From Chromera velia (lineage: Eukaryota): a stretch of DNA of 64,000 nucleotides. The stretch is from NCBI GenBank assembly GCA_018398765.1, contig JAHBMJ010000288.1, positions 62,001-126,000 on the forward strand. Reading direction: 5' to 3'. The notes under the pieces are model-generated. The model ran no database searches and was not told where the DNA came from. It saw nothing but the letters and a program-made list of their open reading frames with translations. A program made the translations under genes and the position numbers. This document shows, piece by piece, positions 23,601 through 36,197 of this stretch (the stretch's first letter is position 1; each line of letters opens with the position of its first letter).

Positions 23601-26600
23601 ACAGAGAAGGACTCAGAGGATGCAGAGGAAGTCTGGAGGAGCATGAAGGGGGTCGGGGCAACTGATTTCCCAGGTAGGTAGGTCAGTCGCTTCGTTGGTT
23701 TTTCTTTTTTTCCTTCGCTCTCTCTAACGTCCAGTTGCTATTTGGTGCCTCTCTTCAACCATCCATGCAGCTTCGTGTGTTGCATCATGTGGTATTGTGC
23801 AAAAGCGAGAACCATGCATCAGTCTTCCTTCTGTTCTTTGGTCTGGCGACTGTTTTTTGTGTCACGGTATGTCGAAGCAATCGATGTGAAAAGCTGAAAG
23901 GTTAAAAGATCGTTTTACTCTCATTGTTCAATTGTCGGGCATCGTGTGTAGCTCTCCTGTTCTCTCCTCCTCGTGCAGCAAAAGGGGAGTGGGTGAAGGA
24001 TATGCGAATGCGGCAGATGCTCCAGATGGGAGAGAGGCTCTCTCAACTTCTGAGGAAATTATTCTCGAGCCCTTCCTTTACTTACAAGTAAGTCTTTTTC
24101 GTGCGTGTTGTCTTTCTCTCTATTCGCTCTTATTCTCTTGCATCCTGCATAAAGCAGTCAGGCAAACTGAGCACAACAGCAGCAAAACCTTCCGTTTGGA
24201 TCTTTGGAAAGGCACTGAAAGAGTCCACGAGAACAATGCAGGCATACAACGGATCCATCCCCCCACCGTGCATGAACAGCAGCTTCTGGATCCGTACGTC
24301 AACAGAATCCATTGCAAGGTCAATTCAGCAGATCCATGCAGCTCCTTCCCATGAAACCGGCTTCTCAGTTCCCTTCCCTCCTAGCTTCTTCTCTTTTTCT
24401 ATCCTGAGACTTCTGTTTGATTGCAGATTTGACCCCCAAACCCTCCAATTTGAGCGTCTGCCCCATTTTATCCAAATCAGAAAGACAGGAGAGAGGAGGG
24501 ATCCGACGGCCGTTTTGGCGCGGATCCAGGCAGCTCTTTCGGGTCAGTCAGTCAGTCAGTCAGTGGGGGGCAATTGATCGTTGTATGATTGAGCGAGGTT
24601 CGTCCGTTTGATGCCTTACTGGGGTTACACTTTGAATTGAATAAGAGAATTTGGATCGTGTCTAGATCAATCTTGTGTCAAACACGTGTTGCTGGCACAG
24701 TCACACTCACAACTGTCCGCCTAGACAGCTTACTGTAAGGGAACAGGATTTCAACCCCGCCATCGACTCATGTCCAGCCTCATCAACCAGACGAATTGCG
24801 TACACTCTCCACGTGGCACGGCTTGCCGCAATACTGACACAGGCAGGACACATATCCTCTCTGAGAGTTTCTCTGCCCAAAGACCAACCTTCGCTCTCTA
24901 TGAGTATTTGACCCTTGCAGAGAAAGAGACCCGCACTGGAGGCGGGGAAGAGGGAGAAAGGGAAAGAGAGACCGACGAGTCTGCGGGGATCGACGACGCA
25001 GACGCAGAGGCTCGACAGGGCTCCATGACACCTCCCGCTCTCTGGTCTGACCTCGGAGACCCCCCACCGGACCCCAAAGCTTCCGTCGGGGGTGCGGGTT
25101 CCTTTCTCATGGGCGGGGAGACCTCAACTCTGCAGGTCGGTCAACCTTTCCTTTCTCAAATAGACATTGATTGCTTCCACGGAGGAGCATGCACAGATGG
25201 TGGAAAACGAAGATATCTCATATGATATGAGAACAGAAATCATAGTCAGCCCATCTTTTGAGAGCACAAACGAGTCGAAGGCTGTATGGGTTTTGTGAGC
25301 TAGACGTTCAGAGCTGCATATGAAAAACGAGTGATGTTGTCGAGCCGTATCTGCACGGATGGGGCTATTTCTTGATCCGCGTGGGCAGATCGAGGATTCC
25401 GATCAACTCAGCTCAATTGCGAAGAGAAACAGTCACCCAGAAAAAGGAAAGGAGAGGATGGAGGAAAGAGAAAGGACCTACACCAAGGAGAAGAAGAAAA
25501 CGCACTTACACTTTCCGAATACATTTGGACCTTGTTCCAAAACTAGTCCTGAATCCACCAAAAACTGACAAAGGCATTCTTTTTCTTTCGTTCTATACCT
25601 CACAGGTTCATGAACAGCGACCAGCGGCAGAGAGACAGTCTCAGCACCCAAACACCCCTTCCGAGAGGCTCCCAACAGACCCATTGGAAGAGACTGTGGA
25701 GAGCCACGGGAGGGAGAGAGAAGATAAATTATCTGAGCGACAAACGGGGAGAAAGGAAGAAGACACTGCGAGAGAGTCTACCAAGGAACCGATTGGGACA
25801 GATTCCCATATCGTCCAGCCTTTTGTGGGCTCGTCATTCTTAGAAAGAGTCCTACAGAAGATGTCACAAACCGATAAAGAAAGTATGAGAGGAAAGAAAG
25901 GTCAGTGCAGTAACGCAAAATGCAGCAAAGACAAAAGACCGCCCTCGTCTGTACCCTTCATCACCGGTCGACGCACAGTTGCTGGCAAGGCTGTTTGGAA
26001 TAGCTTCCCTATCTATGAGTTCTTCTGTTTCTGAGTTCTTGGTGACACACAAACGACGCTCCTGATCTCTTCATCGATCGAAAGACGAGTGCGCCTTACG
26101 CGACCACAAACTCTTCACCTCCAAAAGCTGCTATCTCTCCCTTCTTTTCCTTTTGACATAAGCAGATTCGGAGGGACAGTCTGGGGCCTCCCCCCCTTCT
26201 AACGGCCTCTTTGCCTACTTGAGTGAGAGACAAAACCTCGCGATGGAGTCTGTCCTTTCAGGGTAAATGGGTAGGCAAGCAAGCAGCCAGGCACCGTATG
26301 CAGATTCACATAAAAGAAACTATCAAATTGCAGCAAGTTTGCATATGTATATGGACGCAAAGAGCAAGGTGTGGAAAGGTCTGATTTGCTTGAACCACGC
26401 ATGGGCCGCGTCGATCCTTCTCTTTTGAAGATTCGCAAAGAATGCATCGATCCTTCTCTTTTGAAGATTCGCAAAGAATGCATCGATCCTTCTCTTTTGA
26501 AGATTCGCAAAGAATGCATCGATCCTTCTCTTTTGAAGATTCGCAAAGAATGCATCGATCCTTCTCTTTTGAAGATTCGCAAAGAATGCATCGATCCTTC

Positions 26601-29600
26601 TCTTTTGAAGATTCGCAAAGAATGCATCGATCCTTCTCTTTTGAAGATTCGCAAAGAATGCATCGATCCACGGTTGTACGCTGGGGACAAATGAGTATAT
26701 CCACAGAGAAGCCAGGTCGAAGGGTTGCACTGCGGTCCCTTCATTTGACCGCTTCCCCCACTGTGCCTCAAGGTTTTGCTTGCTTGCTTGCCTCTTCTCC
26801 GTACGACGATTCGCGTATCACGCCTACATGCCTTTCTGCAGGTCCTCCTCCCTCAAACCGGTTGACGACGCCCCTCCTCCAGACGACACAGGCAAGGTCG
26901 CAGAGAAGGCCCTTGACGGGAGCGACAGAGAGTTGATGGCGGGGCTGAAGGTCATGGTGGAGAGTATCGTCAACAGGCCGATCGCCATTGTCGGTTGGTG
27001 CATCGATCCATGGATAAGATGAGATCGGAGCTGCACCAATATACTTGCAGACGCGTTATGCACCTGTTTGCAGAAAGAATGCACGAAACACCCCAAGCAC
27101 GCGAGGCAAAAGATGCATCAAAATGAAGTGGCTGCACTGTCCAGCGACGTTCAATTCCTATGCTCAATGCCTGATAGTGGCAGCACGGATCGATACGGTA
27201 TTGTATGTCTTCCTGCATCAGTCAGTGGTGGCGCACGCAAGTTCTCCCTTTGTATATCATATCTGTACACTTAAAGCATGGTCCGGATTTCGACGCACAT
27301 GCACATGACTAGTCACGCAGTCACACGAACTTATCAGTGATCACCTTGCGCACTCAGGCCCTCGGCGCGCGAATTCATGATTATAGGGGGAAGGTAGGGG
27401 CAGGCAGACACTTCAATACAGCCACCCTAACATGTACACACACATGCATGTTTGCCAAGTCTTCTGTGTCCTTCCCTCCTTGTTGCAGCTGGCCCCTGAC
27501 AGCAGCATGTCACCCGAGAAGAAGAAGGAGAAGACCGAAGAGCTCTGCAACGGAATGTGGGGCACGTTGGATCGGCAGACGGGTGGGTGGGTGGGTAAGT
27601 CGATCGGGCAGCTAGACGGGAAGGGGTCATGGATAGCACAAGCTGCCTGCATGGAGCACCTGCCGTTTACTTCTTCGAATTGTTCGATCGATCATAATTG
27701 TAGTTGATCTCCTCTGTATGTTTTGTTTTTCTTTGTCTGTATGCTGCACGGCCTTTCGTTTTCAGTCAGCTTGACCGACCTTCCTCTTCCGCTGCTTCCC
27801 TTGTTGATCTTGAGATGCTGCACGTTGACGGACTTCGATCAATCACTCATCTCCCTCCACCCGGCAGGCCGTCTCCACTGACGCACGCTGCATGCATATG
27901 AAGGGAAATCTGCATGCATGTGGTCGAATTCAGGGGGACCCCTCGGAATGCCGGGCCCCGAGATCGACGAATCGAAAAAACTCAGCATCTGCGCTCGGAT
28001 GATTTTTGCCATCAAGGAGTCCATGAAGGCAAGTCCATGTGAGGCAAGCGAGGCCTTTACAGCCTCTTCGTGCTTGGCTCCATATTTGCGTGATAAAAGC
28101 CGGGAACCCGAATGGGCGCAACCGAAACAGCCCATAAAACCATGCAATTGAATGCTTTTCTGCCCACCAGACATCCATCTGTGTCCCCCCTGTCGTGTGG
28201 GGACTTCCTCTCCCCCTCACTGCACGACTCTGTCTGTCCGAGTCGTGCATGATCAGAATGTTTGCTTGCAGGTCTGTCTGGAAATTTCGTTCATTCGTCA
28301 ACTTCAGAATACGATTTTGAAAAACTAATTCCAGACGTCTTCAAAAAGTGTTTTCAGTTCACGAACTTTCACTTTTTGAGAAAAGGCATCGCACTCACAC
28401 AAAACACATGACGTAAGCAAGCAAGTTGTTCCCTGCATGTCAAGTAACTGCCTACTAGGTGTTGCGTGCAGGAGGCAGTCGACATGGAGGCGGTGATTGC
28501 GAACGCGAAGGTAGCTGCAGAGAACCAGAGCGAGGCAGAAGCCGAAGAGCCTCCCGTAAAGCTGCCCTCCAAGAAACCCGACAAAGATCCCGAGTCAGTG
28601 AGTGAGTGAGTGGATGAGTCAGTGAGGGCATCAGGAATCAATTCAGCAATCTGAGACAAATTCGGAGTCATTCAGAGCAACAGAGAGAGAGAGAGAATCG
28701 AGTGGCGTCACAATTGAGAGCGAGAGTCTGGAGGTTGACGTGTCATGAGAGTGTACCTGCTTCCATGTTGCGTTCTTTGGAAGAGCACGATCGAGCCTCC
28801 CGATCCCATATGAGCCATGCATGCAGCCACTTGCATGCCTTCTCTTGTGAGCTGTCTGTTCTCTTCACTAGAGACTGACGAACGGTGTGAATATGCAGGC
28901 ACCCGATTGATTGTTTGGAAACAAACCTAGAGATTTAGAGGCACGCGATTCCCATCTGCCCTGAGCGTCTTTCCCTCTATCACACACAGCCCTTGCTTTT
29001 TTTTCCAGACACTTTCTTTCTTCAGTGTCCAACAGCGTCAATTCGAAGATCCAAGCGGGGGTCTTCTTGCACGCCCTCTTTCTTCTGTTCCCATAAGTCC
29101 TTCGACGTCTCATGAAGGCCACCTCTCTGGAGTAGAAATATCAAACAAACAGAAAGTGTTTGCGTGTGTGCCTGAACGATCGGGTGTCTGCCTGCAGGAC
29201 GGAGGTGGAGGACCTCTTAGAAGAGCCGGTGGAACCCGTAGAGGAGGAGGGGGAGCTGCAGTCAACGTCAGCAATTGAAAACGGACAAGAGAGAAATCCC
29301 GCACATAAACTGACGGTTTTTATCTTTAAAACTCCATACTGACAATGGAGACAGGGTAAACGAAAAACGAACCGTGTTCTTTTTGATCTCTGTTCTCTTC
29401 TGCTTTAATTCTTTGAAATGCGATGCATCCTTTTTTGGTATTCTGCGTGCGAGCAGCCTGAAATTCCCTTATTGAGTTGTTTGGTGGTTGTGTTCTCATG
29501 TTCGATCGTTGCTTGATGGACGCACAGCCGGATGTCTTCCTTTTCTTTTGAGGATTTTCATTCTCTTTCAAAAAAACAGCGGCGGAAAACACTAGCAGCA

Positions 29601-32600
29601 ACTGTCGCTTCCGTCAGAAGTTTCCATTCGACCCACCCCCTTTCTTCTCTTCTTTCCTATTCTCTTGCTTGTCGTTGTTGCCGCAGACCCTCGCCGGAGA
29701 CTCCTGAGTCAGTCGGTTGTTTTCCTTACCTTGCATGTTGGAACCGAGGTTCTATGCGATTCTTTCTTCTTTGTAGCCTTGGCTTGCAAACCGAAAAAAT
29801 GCCCTTCAATTCTCTGGTGTATTTGTTATGCGCTGGAAAGTGTCTCTATGGTGCCTTGCAGAATTTTAATTCGTTTCACTCAATCTTTCTCCCAGGTGCC
29901 CAGCTGTCCCTTCTGCCAAGTGCTTTGTCGCGTCTTTTTGACGGCCAGCCCCTCCCCCCCCCCNCCCCCCCCCCCCCCTCTCTCTCTGCAGAATTGCTGT
30001 GGGGTTCCTCGCACACGCGAACGAGTGCAGAAAGGTGGATGATAAAGAGGCCACAGGATGCAAGTGAGTGAGTGAGTGAGTGCTATGATGGATGCAGTCG
30101 GGTTGCAGGCAGGCTAATGGTCTCCGTCGCTTGTTTTCTTCTTTCTTTCTTTCTTTCTTTCTTTCTCTCTCTCTGTCTCCCTGTCTGTCTGTCTGTCTGG
30201 CTTCATTCCATTTACGCTTGTGCGCAAATCACTTTTTCAATTGCTTTGGCACCCATTATTTCGTATCGGCATTTTCGTCCGTTTTGTTGCTTTTTGTGTC
30301 CTCTTAAGTGCGTCAACGATTCTCGGTTGTGTCGTTGTGTGGTGCCGTCTGTGCGAACAGATGGCCTTTCCGGGGCCCCCACATCTGGACGGGGCCGTAC
30401 GAGAAGAACGTGCCTTCACCGACTATCTATCACTGGAAGGCGGGAGCCAGAGACGGAATCTCCATGTACTCGCGGTCCGTTCGTTCGTTTGTCTTCGTTG
30501 TTTCTTTTTTTCATTCCTGTAAGCGTCGCCACACATCATCAAACAGGAATGAGTGGGGGCTTATTTTGTGGGCCTCTGTTGCTTCTCGTCCCGACATCTG
30601 AGGAAGAAGAAAAAAACCAAATCGGATTGATCCGCTGTCTGCGCATGTGTGGTTTGCAGAGCGAGTGCAGGAGGAGGCTCTCTTTATCTTCGTACTGCGC
30701 AAGATTTCCCATCTTCCTTTCTCTTTTCTTTCTTCGTCTCTTCCACTCATGCTTGTATGCGAGGGGAAGAGGCAACGGTGATGTGCTTTTTTATTTCGTT
30801 CTGCGCTTCCCTGCCTTCCGCGGATTGATCGAATTCTTTCGAAATATGCTTGAAAATGTTAGTGAGACGTCCTTCGTAGCCAAAAGAAAAGGTTTCCGTT
30901 CGAGCTGTCTCCCTGTCACTCTGGACTTGTTTTTTGCGTCGTCGCTCCTCCATGAAGGTCTTGAATTCTGGCTGGATATGCAGAACAATGTACAGAAGAC
31001 AAACAATCAAAGGCGACGGGAAAAATCCAGACAAACACTACTGGACTCCCAAACCTGACAAGGTCAACAATTGGAATGAGATCACAGACGATGAACTTCT
31101 GGAGGGAGTGAAGGCCTACAAGTCAGTGAGGGGTTATTTGAGGGGTTTGTTTTATTTTGTTTTGTCGATCGTGTTTGACAGAAGGCTGCTTCGCGGCGCA
31201 TTGCTCTCTGACTGGCAGTGTCGGATCTATAAGCTTCTCAGATACAATTCGCTGTCTGAAAGTTGTCGTTAGGCATTTTGGTTTTGCGGTCAAGATCCTC
31301 CTTTTGCGTTCTCACCCTTTACGACTCTTCTTTACCCCTTCGCATGCATACCTACAGTTTCCATCCAGAATGCATATTCAATCAAGTGTACGTCACATCC
31401 ATCCACATATTTTCTCCTGCGCTCTCTGCCTGTGCGTGAATGCAGCTTCCGTCCTCTGATGTCAGTCTTCCCTCCCTCTGATTTGTTTTTTCTTCTCTCC
31501 AGTGGCTGCATGCTTCTTTCTGTCTTTCGCTGTTTCGGTCAACCGGTCCTCCGTACCTCGTTCCCAACCAGACAGAAACACTCGCTGTTCCCAACCAGAC
31601 AGAAACACTCGCTGTTCCCAACCAGACAGAAACCCTCGCTGTTCCCAACCAGACAGAAATACTCGCTGTTCCCAACCAGACAGAAACACTCGCTGTTCCC
31701 AACCAGACAGAAACACTCGCTGTTCCCAACCAGACAGAAACACTCGCTGTGTTTCAATTCAAATGCCTCCCCTGCTTGGACAAAATCACTCCGCGTCCGA
31801 TGGAAGGACAAGATACAGGCAGCCAATGAAACCTTGTTTTCACTCCCTTCCCTCTGCCCTCCTCGCAACTCATCAAATCGTTCCTCTGCAGGATGAATCC
31901 GGACATGTCAGTCACTCGCCTTTTTCGTTTCCTACTGCCTTACGTGAAGTTCGGTGTGTATCGACAGGAATGAACAGATACTGATTTGTCTTGGCGGTCT
32001 CTGAACATGTTGAAGGTCTCTTCCCGAGTGCAGAACTGAGTCTCTCGTGGTCTTTGGATTCTCTTTGTTTTGCTTCTGCCGTCAGAATGCATCACTAAGT
32101 CATTTCAAGTCCTCTTTTAGACAGAACGTATCTCCAGATCCTGACAAGCCTCTCTGATTTGCACTCCTATCCTCTGTGCCTTCATGCAGGGGCCAGATCT
32201 CCTACGACCTCGAAAACAAAAGAACAAATGTGGACGGCTTTGCGGATGAAAACTACTTGTCAGCTAGTCAATCAGCCAGCAACTGAGTCTGGGACTTAGA
32301 AACCAGAGCAGACATCTCGATCATCAACACGAATGCTAATTTTCTCTTTGGCTTTTCGCTTATTGGATTCCGCCCTTCTCATTTTCTCATGCTCATGAAG
32401 ATTCCGATTTATCACAAAGGCCTTCCTTTGCCTGGTGCTGATCAAGGGCCTTCATCCTTTGCCTTCCGAACTGACAACATCAATTCATACGTGTCGCTTG
32501 TTCCACGAATGTCTTTTGGGGGGACAATGTTGTTTTCTTTGGATGGGTCTCTCTCCTCGTATCTCTTTCTTTGTTCTCTCTGAGCCTTCAGCATCGTCGC

Positions 32601-35600
32601 GAGGCCCGAGGAAGCAGAAGACGCAGAACCCCTCAGAAAGGCAACTCCGGAAGACGCGAATGAAATGTAAGTAAAATGACAGACAGTCTCCAACTCTGAC
32701 TTTGACATGGTAGCCTGTTTTTCACCGCGTATATGCACTTCTCTTTGCTCCAATGTTCTGTGTTGCACCTTGGAATTTCCATGGCGTTGTTTCCATTCGT
32801 GCATAGAGAATTAAGTGCCTGCCCTTTGTGCCGTCCGATGCAATAAGAGAGAGGCTCTTTAGCTCGGTCAGATACATGCAGGCACAGTCCTCTCAGCACT
32901 TGAAAGTATTGCAGCAAGATATGTGCAGATCGGCTGTAATGGCATGCACATTTGTGCTCAGACTTCGGGAGAAACAAAACCAAAAAAGACCAGACGAGCG
33001 CAGCAAAATACATCTCTTCCACTGTGTAACTCCGCGCCTTCCGCTCCTTCAGTGTTTTGTTTTGGTTCATCTCAGTGTTCTTCGTTCTGGCTTGCGTGTC
33101 TGTGTGCAGCATCAACCCGATAAAGTGGTGGCCTGTAGGGTTGGTTTCTGTGTGTGTGTTTTTTTTTTGTGTGTGTTCTTTTTCTTTTGAAGCTATCGTC
33201 AAGTAGTTGCAGTCTTTGGGGATCAAAAGGCCTCCCTCATTTATTGCCTCAATTTGTGGACATACCCATGGAGAAGGAGAAGAAAGGACCATTCGTTTTC
33301 TAGTCAACTAGACGGTCGTTCCCGTGGAAGCCTCCTTTGAAAAGTCCAGTAACTGTCTGTGTGATATCACAACAAACACGGCATGCATTTGAGGATATTT
33401 GATACTTGACGGGACCAAGGGGCGAGAATTCTTTTAGCTTCGTTTCCCCCCGTCCCTTGGCCGAGAGGCCAAATAATCTTCTCCGGGGCGTTCAGAGCTG
33501 GAGGGACGGACAGATACATGGATGAGCGGATGCATGCATGTTTGGATGCTTAATTGTTTGAATGCATACATGGTTGCACGGGTGCATGCAGAAAGCGCAA
33601 ACACCACACAGGATCTTGGAATCCCAGGTTTCGATGGTTGGTCCGTCACTTCATTCCCTCTCTGCATGTCTTTTTGCTGGTGCTGGAAAGTCGTCGGTCG
33701 AGGATGCATTCTCACTCACTCACTCACTCACTCATGCATCGACACATGTCTATTGTCAACTGCGGCTAGGATGCAGCTTTACAGACGTGACAGCGATCGA
33801 GTGGCTGCAACCGCTGGGCTACCTCTTACTTCCTCTTTGTCTCTCTGAAAGTAATCGCTTTCATACTCTTAATTCTGAATGCAACCCTCGTGAAATCCGG
33901 ATGTCAACAGTATACCACTGTAACTGCACTCATTCCTTCTCATTGAGTTTTTTCTGGATAGCTTTACGTTCAGCCTATTTGCATGCAATTTAGTTTTTCC
34001 TCTTTCCCGTGAAACAACAAACATGCACCCCTTCAGGGAAAACGCGGGACTGGACATTCTGGAGAGAGGCCAGGGGCAAGAAGAGGGAGGGACTGCGGAA
34101 GACGCGAAGATGAGGGAGCAGGAGCTGTCTGACGAGGGGAAAATGCCTCTTGAGGCCTGGTTTGTCTACATACCCGAAAGGTCGGTCAGCTGCATGGCTT
34201 GCTTACGTGCAGGTAGGTCGGTCTACGTGGTGTCAGACCCGAACGGCTTCGGATGATGTGGATCGAGTTGAGGTCTTGGGACACGCAGCACTATTCATAG
34301 TCGCATGACTCCGGGAGATGACCAACGAAAGTGGTTAGGTGACACCGCTTTCTTCACAGAGTCTCGCTTTTTCTCCTCCAGGGCTCCTTCAGTCTCTCTC
34401 CTCGAAAATGAGTCGGCAAGGGACCTCCGTTCTCTATTGATCTGCAAGATGGCAAGGAAGAGCCAATTCATCAAGCAAGAGACTTTGTGTAATCCCCTTC
34501 AGTCCCGGGACTGTACGGGTATTGCGTTCCGATTTGAGTAAGCACAGAACGCTTGTCTCCAGCTCCTCGCTCTTTCTCTCCCTCCTTCCCTCCTTATCTC
34601 TCTCTTCAAATGACGTGCAGTGATCGGGGTACAGAAAAACCCTTTGAGCAGAAGAAGAAAGTAAGTGGACGAGTAAATGAGCAAGACAGGCTAGGGGACC
34701 TCATGACTGAGAGAGACACTGTTTTTCTTTTTGCAAGCCGGGATCTGTTTTTCTCTTTACTGTTTCTGCCCTTTCTCTCTCTGAGATACCGTGTGGAAAA
34801 AGTCATTTGCTTCATGAGCGGCTCGGTTTCGCTTTTGTTTTGCCAAGCCTTACTTCTCTCCACGATGATTTCATTTGTTCTCTTTGCTGATGTTTTACAC
34901 CCGTAATATGGCTTCTCTCGCTTTCTTCTCCGTCAACTGACTGAATCATTCACACCTTTGATTCATTCATCCTAATTGCCCGTCAGACCTGTCTCTTCAA
35001 TGATTTCTTGCACACAGCTCTCTCTCTCTTTCTCTTTCTTTGTCTGTGTGTGTGCCTGTCCATGAGAGCAGATCGTCTTGGAGGTCAGCGACAACTTCTT
35101 CTCTCTCAATCTGCACATGCATGCGTTTCCGTATGTCCGAGAAAACAAAAGAAAAGAAAGAAAAGGAAAGCAGAGATCCAATGAAGCTTCGCTTCTGCAA
35201 ATCTCCTCTTTGATTTTCACGTTACAGTCCGACTGTTTTTCAATGTGCTTCGTTCTCGTCATTCGTTTCAGGACCAAGCATGACCCTTTGGATGGGTTGT
35301 GTGATTTGAATCTGAGAGCAACTTTGTCCCTTTGTGCATCTAACTGTTGAGGTCTGAATTCTGTAGTCTCTAATTCATCCATGCACATTTCCCATCGATC
35401 TGTCTTCCCGTCGCCTGCAGTTTCACGACCTGTCAGTCAGTCAGTCCAACAAATTTGAAGCAACCTCAAACTGAATGTGATGGGAGCATGCTCCCCAGCT
35501 ACGCCCTTACACTTTCACAGAAATCCGGTGGTGTTGAAGATTTTGTTTGCATGGGAGGAAGTGCGTTCCCAGACTGGCTCTCTGGTCCTCTTCCTATCGC

Positions 35601-36069
35601 TTCGGTTCAACAACTGGAAGCCAAGTTGGAAGCAATTCCCGATCACTCGAGAAGATCTTGCCAAGCTGGCTTGATTTTGAAATCAATTAATTAGCTTGAT
35701 TTCGTTTGGTGCACACAAAGGACCCGTAGAAAGTAGAGCGAAGTGTAGCGAGCCGAGGGCCCTGTCATCAACTTATAAAAGTTCTTTTCAATTCGACTTT
35801 GATCAGCAGACATTCCTCCGAGTCTGTGCATAAGTGTGTGCTTTTTCGTCTTCTACAAATCTGCCGAATGATATTCATGTATGTGTGTACATGTATTCAA
35901 CGTGAAAGATCAATTAATTGTGTTTTCATCTATCGTTTGATTAGGTGGAATACGAAGAAGCTGATTGCCATTGAGAAGGAGGCAGGAGTGGGCTCCATAG
36001 GGGACCTCCTGTGGATCAAGTCAGTCGATCTGTGTGTGTGAGTGTGTGTGTGTGGGTGGGTGGGTGTGA

Positions 36070-36112
<43 letters not shown>

Positions 36113-36166
36113 CGTGCGTGCGTGTGTGTGTGGGTGTGTGGGTGGGTGTGAGTGTGTGTGTGTGTT

Positions 36167-36197
<31 letters not shown>

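Noticed and set aside
26411..26669. 36-bp repeat resembling a CRISPR direct repeat in length
   Set aside because: The units are contiguous with no unique spacers, there are no cas genes, and the array lies in a eukaryotic intron. The same applies to the 27- and 31-bp arrays.
29945..29985. Poly-C run with an N as a possible G-quadruplex or special site
   Set aside because: It contains an ambiguous base in a homopolymer, so it is probably an assembly join and its length is unreliable.
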